The position numbers were made by a program, and so were the translations under genes. A stretch of DNA of 63,660 bases, the filler included, from Craspedostauros australis (Eukaryota): the NCBI GenBank assembly GCA_030167865.1. It is 6 parts of 6 records of this genome, joined end to end, with 100 filler letters (N's around TTAATTAATTAA, not from the genome) between each part and the next. Parts side by side here need not be neighbours in the genome. Positions count along the whole stretch, not along the records: positions 19,744 to 51,387 come from JALAGF010004601.1; 5 more parts are not named here. The stretch is one strand, 5' to 3'. The notes below the pieces were generated by a model. That model made no database searches and was not told where the DNA came from. It saw nothing but the letters and a program-made list of their open reading frames with translations. This document shows, piece after piece, positions 31,640 to 41,484 of the stretch. Positions within the stretch are counted from its first letter, which is position 1. Each line of letters starts with the position of its first letter.

Positions 31640-32515
31640 ATGAACTTCGAAAAGTACCCTTGGCTCAACGACCTCGAATCCGATGAGGCAATCGAGGCGA
31701 TCCGCAAGGCAAAGGAGGCGTTCGACAAGACCGGCGGAGTCATCTTCCCCAACTTCATCACAGACGAAGCCATCAAGGAATGCGTCGAAGAAGTCGAGAC
31801 GCTGGAACCCGGCGCCTTCATGGTCGACCGACCGCAGACACCATACCTCCGGCCGGTCGACGAGGACATGCCAAAGAACTCCGTCCGCAACTTCCTCAGC
31901 CGCGCGTACAAGGCCTCAATCGCCACCGATGAGCTGTCGGAGGAGCGCGTGCTTCTGAAGCAGATCTACCGACACCCCACCCTTTGCAAGTTGGTAGCAA
32001 AGATCGTGGGCAAGGAACAGCTGTACACATCCGCGGATCCAGTCGGCTCCTGCTGCATCAGCGCATCCGGCCCAACCATGTGCCACGGCTTCCACCTGGA
32101 TGAAAGCGAGTTCTCTACCACCATCATGCTGAGAGAGTCGCCAAAGCCCGGCACAGGACTCTTCCAATACACCGACCCAATCCGCACCACCAAGAAGGAC
32201 ATGGCCTACGAAACTGTGGCCAAGACACTCAACACGTACGAGGAGACTGCCCGCGACTTCCAATTCGCCGAGCTGGAGGGCAAGGACGATGCTGATGTCC
32301 CAACCCCAAGGCTCCATACGCTGGACTTCCGTGTCGGCACCCTCTCCCTGTTCGCAGGATTCAGATCCTTGCATCGCGTGACACCGGCCGACGGTGATGA
32401 ATCCAGACTGGTGGCCATCCTCGCATTCGCCTCGGCACCAGGCTTCCACAACTCCTCGACAGTCCAGAAGATGTTCTGGGGCCGAACAGGGCAGAACAAG
32501 TCCGTGGAAGCATGA
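31640..32515 (+). CDS. Fe(II)/2-oxoglutarate dioxygenase, BesD/HalD/ArpA-like family (copy B, tandem paralog)
   Basis: Colinear with copy A: HLDESEFSTTIML...SLHRVT...RLVAIL...MFWGRTG. Confidence 0.85.
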   Translation: MNFEKYPWLNDLESDEAIEAIRKAKEAFDKTGGVIFPNFITDEAIKECVEEVETLEPGAFMVDRPQTPYLRPVDEDMPKNSVRNFLSRAYKASIATDELSEERVLLKQIYRHPTLCKLVAKIVGKEQLYTSADPVGSCCISASGPTMCHGFHLDESEFSTTIMLRESPKPGTGLFQYTDPIRTTKKDMAYETVAKTLNTYEETARDFQFAELEGKDDADVPTPRLHTLDFRVGTLSLFAGFRSLHRVTPADGDESRLVAILAFASAPGFHNSSTVQKMFWGRTGQNKSVEA

Positions 32516-33096
32516 ACAAGATCACACTGATCCCTCTTGCTCACATACGAGTGCAGTGGGTGAGGTGAATAACCAACTCAACCGTTCCATACTATCAGCA
32601 GCAGCACCAATAGCGTCATTAGCAATATCTGTAGATCACATCTTCCCTCAGCCTACCATGTGTGACACTCTGTATGCAAGTCTGGCTGTTTTCTATCCAC
32701 CGATCAAAATGGCGCCATGCACATTCCAAGCAATCGATATTGTCCAACCGCGTTTGCTCTCTCTATCTCTGCATCTTCGTTCCAAGGATGTGGTGCCGCA
32801 CTGTTGCAGAGGAGCAGCGTCATCGTTCCATTGATGACATCAGGGTGCTATGTCTGCGCAGTGCTTTCGTTGCGCTGTCGACTGTGCATCTCGAACGCGC
32901 ACTTCCTACATCGCGTACAAATACAGCGAACCAACACAGTATTTTCTCCGAGTGAGCGAAGAGCGTCCACGGCCTAAATAATGTTAACAATGATCTAATC
33001 GCATTTTACTCTCGCAGTCTACGACAACCATACTATTCTAGTATACAATACAAGTTGAGGGGAGCGACCTCGTCTAGCATGCGTGGTGGAGGGTTT

Positions 33097-36000
33097 TTAA
33101 CAGCTCCACAGCCCTGGCTGTTGCTCCATGGGACTCATCTGCGGCTCATCGTGGTTGTATCTCGGGCTGATGTCGCGAATGGACGGCGCCAACCGACGAA
33201 CGGGAGGAGGGGACTTGGGCGCTTGCACTTGCACTTGTTGGTGGCGATCGTGGTCGCCAGCACCGTGGTCCTCGACATGTTGCTGCGACTCCTCGAAGAT
33301 GGGCGGTGGATGGTGGACATCGAACACCACCGGCAGTCGGTATTGCTCGTTGTTGTCCCCACCAAGCGAAGAGCACGCGTCGCGGTCATCCTCGTCGTAC
33401 CAGATCTCCGAGAATGGTGGGGTCACACCGTCCTCGCCACGAAGGTTCATGATGAGAGGCGACGCACGACCCGTCGCTCCATCAAGCATGTTCCGCGGTG
33501 GTTCCGGAAATCCAGTGCTCCCTCCCCATATGTTGCCGTTGTAGAGGGCTTGCCCAGGATGGGGAAGGCTGGTCCTTTGCCATCCGGCAACTCCACCGGA
33601 CCTTGTTGGCATGGCTCTGACCTTGTTCTTGGTCTTGCCTGCCGAAGATGTTCGAGGAGATGCTCGAGGAGACGGTCGAGATGTGTACTTGGTCGACCTC
33701 AGCGAATCTCGTCGTGGTGCCACACCTACCGACCTGCGACCATCGGCCACGTTCATGCTGTGACCCACTGTCTCCGGCTGCTTCTCGTGTTGGTCCGCTT
33801 TTGCGCTCTTGATTGTGAAGTCCAGAGGTTTGGAGGCGCCGGGTCGTTGGTCATCGAGATGTCGTTTCCACGAGGAATGACGGGTTTGGTTAGCTCGTGG
33901 CGGAGACGAAGCAGCTGGTGGAAGGATGGCTACTCTTGGCTGATTTTCATTTTGGCGCATCGTCTCTGACTTCAGCTGTTGTTGTTGTTGTTGTTGACGT
34001 TGCCGCTGTTTGGAGGCGCCATCTTCATGGTCGTCTCTGACATCTTGATGGGCTGCCTTTGTCTTTGCCTGCATGTGTGCGACGACGACGCCGAGCTTGG
34101 GTGCTTGTGATCTTGCCGCGATCGCGCCGTTTCTGTTCCAAGCGGTGTGCCTGGTCACGCCTGGCTTCCCTTCGACGGAAACATTGGCTGAACGAGGGAC
34201 GGTCGCAGTAGTTGCATTCGGTTCGAAGCCTTGTTGCTGATTGCAGGCTGCTGGCTTATTACGAGTTGCTGGGACAGGCCCCGGCACGGTGTTCGCAACG
34301 GCATCTCCCTTGCGTCGTCCATGCGCTTCCTTCTGTCGCTGTCGCGCCTGGCGATCGATCTCGAGCTCAAAGAAAGAAGCGCCACCGTTGTCTTCAGCAA
34401 AGTTCCCAAAACGCAGCTGTCCTTGTAGTTCCTCCGATGGCGGCGCGGTTTGCACCACATCGTCGACGTGACCTCCTGGCGCGCTACCCTGCGTTGCTGC
34501 ACTCGTACCAACTGCATCACCACGTGCGTGCTGCTGCTGTTGCTGGCAGTGATGGCGGTGCTGGTGGTCCAGCCGCTGCGGAGGCCAATTGTTCTGGCGC
34601 GCGCGCTGTTGTTTGCCGTGCTCCAAGGAGCTTGCGATTTGCGCTGCCTGTCGGTCGATTTCAAGCTCTTCGAAGTCACAACTGTTCTTCGACGCCGAGG
34701 ATTGGAATGACGAGGATGGCTGAACTTTCGCTTCATCCATCGTGTCCTTGTGAGTGGCTGCGAATGGGACGGGCGCAACCGTTGATTTCTGATTCGAGTG
34801 CGCTCGCGACTTTGCCTGGTTGAATTGTTGCGGAGTACTCGGTGGGCCCATTATCGCCACGCTGGATTCCTTGTCGGCAAACATTGCCAAGCTTGCCTTG
34901 AAGCTCGATGTCCTCTTGATACGGTGGGCCCCCGCCTTGTCCTCAACAGCTTGAGTCTGCGCGTTGGCAGCAAGAGGTTCATCTGCTTTCCCAGTTGCTG
35001 GAGATGCTTTTTTAATCGCATGCGCGGACCCTCCTCTCTGCGCATCCTTCTTGGTGACCGAGTCATTCGTGGTATGTCCATTCTGCTTCGTCTGGCTGAG
35101 TGGGCTGGCAGCTGCCTTTGCGTGATCGAACGACTGGAACATGGATATGCTGGCCTTGAAGCTCTTGGACTTGACCAGCTGCGGCTTTGCAACTGGTTGT
35201 TGTGTGGTAGAGGCATCCACCTGAGATGTCAACGCTGCGACCGTTGCTCTGATCGCTGGTGCTGCGGCCGGTGCTGACTTCGCGCTGGTCGTCGAACGTG
35301 GAGTCCAAGAGCTGTCGCCGGTGCAGGACCGAGGCAGTCCCCCTCCAACTCCTCCAGTTCCACCTCCAGAAAGATTTGACACCGTCAGCTTCGATGGTGT
35401 CGATCCTTGCGCTTGGAACATCGCCCGGTTGGCGCCGAAGCTATTGGAGCTTCGATGATTCCATTGCCCTGTTCCAGGCTCCGCTTGTTGCCGCGTTTCC
35501 GAGATCCGGTCAGTCGTGCGCATGTCTGCGATGGTGGACTTGTTCGGTGCTGGTGCTGCTGTTGTTGTTGTTGGAAGGGGTGCCGTTTTCTCTTGCGTCG
35601 CCGGTCGCGCGGGCGGCTGGTGGCGGCGTTTCTGTGTCAATAAGCGGGCGTAGTTTGACGCTGATTTGGAGCCAGAACATGAGGTGGTTCCAGTGATGTT
35701 GTCATCATGATCCCTGTCTCCGTGGGTCGCCGGATGGTCCACCACGGTTTTCTTGGTCTTGGTCTTGGTCTTGGACTCCGCATCAGCTGGAGTATCAGTG
35801 GTCTGCCCAGCCGACTGATGGTTGTCGCGCTTCTTCGGTGTCGGTGTGAATGAACGTTTCGTCGAACCTGGGCTCGAGAGCCTCTCAAACATTGACATCC
35901 TGGCCTTGAGGCCAGTTGGTGTGCCACCGACTTGCTGGGTCTGTTCTTCGTTCTGATGCGCCGCTTGCTCCCCGCTGTTGCTGGTAGCTTCGTTCGCGGA

Positions 36001-39000
36001 AGCTGGCTCCGCAGCTGAAGTTCCAGTTGCCACCGTCGCTGTCATTCGATTCTTGCCGTACAGCATTCTGCTTGTGTGAACGGCTGCAGCATCCTGCTGA
36101 CTGTCGGCAGCTGGCTGCAGCCCCGGTTTCCGTTGCTGTTGCTGATGCTGGTGCGATTCAGCTATGGTGATGTGTGGAGCTGAGCCAACGATGGTGGCGC
36201 GTTGTTTGCTCCACGCGTTGGTCGTGGTTCCTGTCATTGGTGAGGTACCGCGGGTGACAGATCGGACGCCGCCGAACTTGGTTGAAATGCCGCTGACGCT
36301 CAATTGCAAACCACAGGATTTGATTGACCAAGGGCTCGTATCCGCCACACCATCAGCATGTTGATTTACCACAGCCTGGTTATGATGAGCGGCTTGCTCA
36401 CCATGGACGTTGCCGTCTTGCTTTGCGCTGTGGGCAACTGCGCTGAGGTTTTGCGTCTTACCCGGCTCGCACTTTGGCCCTGTGTGTGCCGTGTCCACAT
36501 TGTCCGCTGAGGTAGCCATCGCTTCCGGTAGTTGCAACAGAGCATCGTTCGGTGCCTGCTGCCGCCGCGAGAGGGATGGTCGACGACCAAAATATCCTGC
36601 CACGCTGCTCTTTCCGTTCGATAGTGCAACGGGGGCAGCAGCGTTGGCGTTGACGGGGACGACGTTGGCGGCGGGAGCAGGAGCAGGGATGGAGGATGTG
36701 CTCGGAGGTGGTGGTCCGGTATCCGAAGGTTTGGACGACGTTTGGGGGGAGCACGGCGGAGTTGGTCGGCTGGTACCTGATTCAAACATGCTCCTGAATC
36801 TGTGGAAAGGGGAGGGGGAGCGGTTCGGTCTCCGACCTGTCTCGCCGTTGCGGTTGCTCATAGCGCGTCCTTCTCTGCCAGTTCTCTGGTTCTCAGACGG
36901 TGCCACTGCGCCATCTTCTGGGACGTTGACTCCAATCGTCTCGGCTGTTTCTACATTGCTTCTTCCAGTGATAATTCTGGATGATACTTGTTGCCTCCCA
37001 CGCCCGAAGGCAGACTGGGTTGGTCTCTCACTGGAAGGAATAGCGCACGCCGTAAGCGGCTTGCTCTCGGCATCGTCGGCTGTCGTTTCGGTCTGCATTA
37101 TGCCATGCGGTGAAGGCTGTCGCACGGCGGTGTTCTGGAAGTTGCGATTCGATGAAAATGAGAAAGTTCTTCGCTTGATGGCAGAAGTTCCAGGGCTCCG
37201 GGGGCTCTTCGGTGGCAGTTTGCGCCTGCCATTCTCACCGATGATGGCATTATCGAAGCCTTCCACGATGTGGTCACTCGACTGCTTCTGCTGCTCTTGA
37301 TGATCGGCCATGTTCGCCCCGCTGTTTCCGTTGGTGCCGTTGCTGCTGCCTTCCATGGAGTCATGTTGCTGCGTGAAAGCACCCAGACTTTTGGCTTTCT
37401 TCTTGGCCCATGATGGTGCGGATGCCACCGGGCGGGTTCTCGTATTGGAGGACGCGTTGGACTTGGACTCGAAGAAGCTACGGGCAGCTCTCAGCGGCGA
37501 TTTGGGAATCCTTGGCGGCGCTGCAGGTGACGCAGATGCAGCCGCTGCTTCGGTGGAGGTATTCTCGTCAGGTCCTTTCTCCTGCTCTGCAGAAGCATCA
37601 GACGTCGCATGCGAATCGGAGCGGATCTTACTTGGCAGTTGTGCAACGCCATCTGCCACCGATGGACCAATAACGAGCCTCACCTCTCCATCTTCAGACT
37701 CTTGTCGATTCTGTTCCGCCACTTCGGACCTTTTCGGTTTCCATGAACGGGCGGCAGTTCCTGCTGTTGTGTTCTGTGATGTTGCTGTATTGTGCTGGGA
37801 TGTGACCGTCGATCCGAACACGCTCCATCGATTGGCGATATTACTCACGTTGGGATCCTTCGCGGTTGCTGGTGGCTTATCAGCAGCTGTCGATTTTGTC
37901 ACAGGAGTGGCAGCGTCCTCTTCGTTCGGCTGTTCTTCGCGGTTATCCTTGTTCCAACTATGTGGAGCTGTGGACGTGTGACGCGTTGGATGGCTCTCCG
38001 TGCGAGTAGTCTTTGGGTGTGCCACGGTCGCAGTGGCAAGGACGGGGTCGTTTTTGTTGTTGTTGCCGTTGATGTTGTTGCCATCGCTGTGACCATCGTT
38101 GTTGTTGTTGTTGTTGTCACGCATGGACGATTGCGTTTGAAGTGCCGGGTCCTTCCGCAAGTACGATGGCAGACCGACTTTGGGGGTTGTGCCTCGACGC
38201 GTGTCGAAGGAGAATCTCTTCATGTCGGCCGGATACACAACCGGAGACTCTCTCAGCTCCCGTGATGCATCCTTGCTGGTGGCTTGGGCGTCATTCTCAG
38301 GTCCCTCCGCGTTGTCCATGCTGTCAGCGCGAGTGCGGATGGGTGTGCTGAATGTGGCTCGGGTGGACTTTGAATTCGTTGCCTTGCGGAAATATGCGCT
38401 CTTCCCCTCAGGTTGCGACGCAGCAACAGTCAGCGTGCTTACCCTGTTCGCTGTAGTCGTTGCTGGTTCAGCTGGTGACGGTGATGCCGCCGATGCCGCT
38501 TCTGAAGCTTCCGGTGCAACGGCTATTTCGGCTTGGTTAGTCATTGCGAGCCTCTTCTTCAACCAAGCCGGTGTTGCCTTCAACGTTGAGGCTATGTACG
38601 ATCTCGGCGTGGACGATTCGAACATGCTCCACTTGCTTCCGGATGCAGTCTTTGTCGGAGTTGCAGCGGTGCTACTCAGCACGGCTTGTTTTGGAGCGCA
38701 CTCGTCGGAGTTGGTTTGCGTTTCTGGCTCGCGGCCATCTGCTGCCTTCGTCTTAGTAGCATTGCTGTGTTGTGCACCTTGCTTGTGTTTGTCGTCATCC
38801 ACACTTACACCCGCATTTGCACCCACATTTGCACCCACATTTGCATTCACATCCACATCCACTGCAAGGTCTGGTTGCGAGCGTCTGTTCTTCGCATGGG
38901 CTGGAGTTGGCTTGAGTCTGTCACGAACAGCTGCCCAGCTGGCGACATTGGATTTTGCGTTGGTGTCTGGGACCTGGTCTTCGATGGTTGTCTCTTCTAT

Positions 39001-41484
39001 CTCACTGTCAACGGCCTGTTCTCCTTCTGCATTGGTTCCAAGGGTGGGTTGAGATCGGTTGCTCGACAGCACTGGCTTGGTGGGTGCTCGAGCCGTGGCG
39101 TCTACGACTTCCTCCTTGTCATTTGATGGTGGCACTGGTCGCGATGTTGTGGTAGTGGTAGTTTTGTTGGTTGTGGTGGTGTTCATGGTGGGATGCTGCA
39201 CTGCTCGTTGTGCGGCTTGTTCCCAGAACCTCCGACTTGAAACGGCTGCAACGAAGTTGCGGGTACCGGTGTCTTGAGCCGTCATGTTGTTGACGCTGTC
39301 CTCAATGCTGGAGACGCTGGACAGGCTGTGCCCGTCTGCCTTCTCGATCACCTTGATGGAATGTGACTCCTTGGAGTCGGATGAGTGGATGTCCTCATGT
39401 GGTTGCGCATTCGTCTTGGACCCGTGACGATTTGTCTTTGTTTGCAAGACCATCGGTTTCTCCTCCTCGACTTCTTGAGCTGAATCAGAGACTCCGTCTG
39501 ATGACGCTGATGTCTTTGTCGTCTTCTCGAACATGCGGCGGCGAGCTTTGTAGGAGTTAGTGGTCGCGAACGCCATCGCAGGCTTCGAGGTGTTCATGGT
39601 TGGTTCGGAGATGAGCCTTCCGGCATCGTCATCAGCATCATCATTGTTATCGGTCGGAGGAGACGGAGTATCGTTCTTGTTTGTGGAGAGGTCTGTCGCC
39701 GCATTACTATCGGCGCGAGCAAACGACGATGATGCAGCAGCGTGTGTTGCAGGGCGTGCCTTCGACGCATCATACACTTCGTTGTTGCCTTTGTTCGATG
39801 ATCTGGGCGATGCCAAACGCCGCCTGGGAGAACCGGCGCTGCATCTGGGCGAAAACCTGCGTCGGAAGCGTGGCGATCGTGTCAATGCTGTCAGAGTCGT
39901 GGATTTCGGCGAGGGTGCTGCGGTGGACGATGTTGCACCGAAACGGGAGAATCTTGCGTTGATCCGTGGTGATCGGAGACGATTCGTCGGTCTGGTCGGA
40001 GTGGTTGCGTTCTTGCGCTGGCTCTGTGGTTTGTTCTCATCGTTGCCACTCCCGTTGCCGTTGTTGTTATTGTTGTTTGTGGAGTCAATACCGCGCTCTC
40101 CGTGATCGTGGTTGTCCACGATGTCGTCCTGAGATTCCTCATTTGCGAGGGACGTATCCAGACGCAATGAAAGGACCTTGGAGCGCCTGGTTGACTTCTT
40201 GGAAGACCCGGTGCTCTTCGAGGTTTGCGATGCGCCTGCATCCATGGTTGGCGCGTCCGGTGCATCACCCACAATGGCCTTGCTGGCTGCAGACGTCTCT
40301 CCACGAGGCGCATTCGATTGAAGCCGCTCGTCGTTCCACTGCGACACCTTCTGTGTGATGCGCATGGCATCTTCAAGCGCTTTCGAGCTCTTTCCGCGCC
40401 ACTTGGATGTCGGCATCGTGTCGTGCGCATATGCACCATCGCGCAGCGACGTGGACTTGCTGCTGGTGCTCAGGTTGGTGTCGTTGCGAACAACGGACAA
40501 CGGAGTTGCCTCCTCACGGCGCGAATCGTCTGACGGCATAGATGGCGCGTCGCCCAAGTCCGTCGATGATCTGTACTCCGATCCCGGTGATTTGGATGGC
40601 AACGACGATCCCTTGGAACTTGGGACCGGACTGGATCCGCTCAAGTTTGTGAGCACAGGCGACGACGCGTAGAATCGCATCTGGTCGTTGAACCGCGAGT
40701 GTGCGACGTTCTTTTGCTTGGGAGCTTCGACCTCGGGAGATCTGGAGTGGCTGCGCGGGACGCTCTTGGACCGCTTCGCTTGGGAATCGAATGTCGGAGA
40801 CCAGCGCCTTTCGTTGTTGGAGATGATGCTGTCCAGCTCTTCCAGATGCGGGCTCTCTTCCGTCGTCAAGGACTGATCTTGCGATGCATCGCGGATGCGT
40901 CTGCTTGCGGCACTACCGCTGACGTTGCTTCTGATGCTGCCCACGTGAGAACCATGGTTGGTGCTCTGCGTGCGCCGGCTGTCGCGTGGCAGGGAGCGTG
41001 CGGATCGTGCCTTCTCCATCCAATCTCTGGATCGTTGCAACCTGCGCGATGCGCCGCTGGTCTGTCGGCTGTCGCTGTCGTCCCGGCTGTCGCAGTAGCT
41101 GTTCGTGGAGTTGTGCCGCCGGACCTTGCCCAGGTCCGACCTTGACCTCGATTGTGATTGCGGGTCCGATTTCGCTGCTGCATTCGCTGCAGGTGCGTAC
41201 TTGTGACTTTGGCCTGGTCCATCGATGGTGGAAATGGGGTGGTTGTTCGGAGCTTGTGGACTTGGTCTGGATGACGCGTATTTGGAAGCTGACATCGTAG
41301 TCCCGACCGCCGTCGCTGTTGCCATGTGCGCGGGGTCGTCAGGTGAGCTCGTCGCGTACTGGCTGTACGAATAGTCTCTTTCCTCCGGAGTCGTGAAGGA
41401 ATGATCCATCGAGCTCTCCTCCATGAGGATTTCTCGTGCTACCTCCTCCATCTCCGTGGCACCTCGTTGATGGCCAAACACCAT
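33097..41484 (-). CDS. Giant (2795 aa) intrinsically disordered protein with recurring short aromatic motifs
   Basis: 8.4-kb stop-free ORF, S/T/A/P/Q-rich, with repeated (K/R)xxx(M/F)FE-type motifs and two FxELEIDRQA copies. Confidence 0.85.
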   Translation of the reverse strand: MVFGHQRGATEMEEVAREILMEESSMDHSFTTPEERDYSYSQYATSSPDDPAHMATATAVGTTMSASKYASSRPSPQAPNNHPISTIDGPGQSHKYAPAANAAAKSDPQSQSRSRSDLGKVRRHNSTNSYCDSRDDSDSRQTSGASRRLQRSRDWMEKARSARSLPRDSRRTQSTNHGSHVGSIRSNVSGSAASRRIRDASQDQSLTTEESPHLEELDSIISNNERRWSPTFDSQAKRSKSVPRSHSRSPEVEAPKQKNVAHSRFNDQMRFYASSPVLTNLSGSSPVPSSKGSSLPSKSPGSEYRSSTDLGDAPSMPSDDSRREEATPLSVVRNDTNLSTSSKSTSLRDGAYAHDTMPTSKWRGKSSKALEDAMRITQKVSQWNDERLQSNAPRGETSAASKAIVGDAPDAPTMDAGASQTSKSTGSSKKSTRRSKVLSLRLDTSLANEESQDDIVDNHDHGERGIDSTNNNNNNGNGSGNDENKPQSQRKNATTPTRPTNRLRSPRINARFSRFGATSSTAAPSPKSTTLTALTRSPRFRRRFSPRCSAGSPRRRLASPRSSNKGNNEVYDASKARPATHAAASSSFARADSNAATDLSTNKNDTPSPPTDNNDDADDDAGRLISEPTMNTSKPAMAFATTNSYKARRRMFEKTTKTSASSDGVSDSAQEVEEEKPMVLQTKTNRHGSKTNAQPHEDIHSSDSKESHSIKVIEKADGHSLSSVSSIEDSVNNMTAQDTGTRNFVAAVSSRRFWEQAAQRAVQHPTMNTTTTNKTTTTTTSRPVPPSNDKEEVVDATARAPTKPVLSSNRSQPTLGTNAEGEQAVDSEIEETTIEDQVPDTNAKSNVASWAAVRDRLKPTPAHAKNRRSQPDLAVDVDVNANVGANVGANAGVSVDDDKHKQGAQHSNATKTKAADGREPETQTNSDECAPKQAVLSSTAATPTKTASGSKWSMFESSTPRSYIASTLKATPAWLKKRLAMTNQAEIAVAPEASEAASAASPSPAEPATTTANRVSTLTVAASQPEGKSAYFRKATNSKSTRATFSTPIRTRADSMDNAEGPENDAQATSKDASRELRESPVVYPADMKRFSFDTRRGTTPKVGLPSYLRKDPALQTQSSMRDNNNNNNDGHSDGNNINGNNNKNDPVLATATVAHPKTTRTESHPTRHTSTAPHSWNKDNREEQPNEEDAATPVTKSTAADKPPATAKDPNVSNIANRWSVFGSTVTSQHNTATSQNTTAGTAARSWKPKRSEVAEQNRQESEDGEVRLVIGPSVADGVAQLPSKIRSDSHATSDASAEQEKGPDENTSTEAAAASASPAAPPRIPKSPLRAARSFFESKSNASSNTRTRPVASAPSWAKKKAKSLGAFTQQHDSMEGSSNGTNGNSGANMADHQEQQKQSSDHIVEGFDNAIIGENGRRKLPPKSPRSPGTSAIKRRTFSFSSNRNFQNTAVRQPSPHGIMQTETTADDAESKPLTACAIPSSERPTQSAFGRGRQQVSSRIITGRSNVETAETIGVNVPEDGAVAPSENQRTGREGRAMSNRNGETGRRPNRSPSPFHRFRSMFESGTSRPTPPCSPQTSSKPSDTGPPPPSTSSIPAPAPAANVVPVNANAAAPVALSNGKSSVAGYFGRRPSLSRRQQAPNDALLQLPEAMATSADNVDTAHTGPKCEPGKTQNLSAVAHSAKQDGNVHGEQAAHHNQAVVNQHADGVADTSPWSIKSCGLQLSVSGISTKFGGVRSVTRGTSPMTGTTTNAWSKQRATIVGSAPHITIAESHQHQQQQRKPGLQPAADSQQDAAAVHTSRMLYGKNRMTATVATGTSAAEPASANEATSNSGEQAAHQNEEQTQQVGGTPTGLKARMSMFERLSSPGSTKRSFTPTPKKRDNHQSAGQTTDTPADAESKTKTKTKKTVVDHPATHGDRDHDDNITGTTSCSGSKSASNYARLLTQKRRHQPPARPATQEKTAPLPTTTTAAPAPNKSTIADMRTTDRISETRQQAEPGTGQWNHRSSNSFGANRAMFQAQGSTPSKLTVSNLSGGGTGGVGGGLPRSCTGDSSWTPRSTTSAKSAPAAAPAIRATVAALTSQVDASTTQQPVAKPQLVKSKSFKASISMFQSFDHAKAAASPLSQTKQNGHTTNDSVTKKDAQRGGSAHAIKKASPATGKADEPLAANAQTQAVEDKAGAHRIKRTSSFKASLAMFADKESSVAIMGPPSTPQQFNQAKSRAHSNQKSTVAPVPFAATHKDTMDEAKVQPSSSFQSSASKNSCDFEELEIDRQAAQIASSLEHGKQQRARQNNWPPQRLDHQHRHHCQQQQQHARGDAVGTSAATQGSAPGGHVDDVVQTAPPSEELQGQLRFGNFAEDNGGASFFELEIDRQARQRQKEAHGRRKGDAVANTVPGPVPATRNKPAACNQQQGFEPNATTATVPRSANVSVEGKPGVTRHTAWNRNGAIAARSQAPKLGVVVAHMQAKTKAAHQDVRDDHEDGASKQRQRQQQQQQQLKSETMRQNENQPRVAILPPAASSPPRANQTRHSSWKRHLDDQRPGASKPLDFTIKSAKADQHEKQPETVGHSMNVADGRRSVGVAPRRDSLRSTKYTSRPSPRASPRTSSAGKTKNKVRAMPTRSGGVAGWQRTSLPHPGQALYNGNIWGGSTGFPEPPRNMLDGATGRASPLIMNLRGEDGVTPPFSEIWYDEDDRDACSSLGGDNNEQYRLPVVFDVHHPPPIFEESQQHVEDHGAGDHDRHQQVQVQAPKSPPPVRRLAPSIRDISPRYNHDEPQMSPMEQQPGLWSC

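Noticed and set aside
29650..32515. Calling the dioxygenases halogenases
   Set aside because: Both keep the HxD carboxylate ligand, whereas BesD-type halogenases need Gly or Ala at that position.
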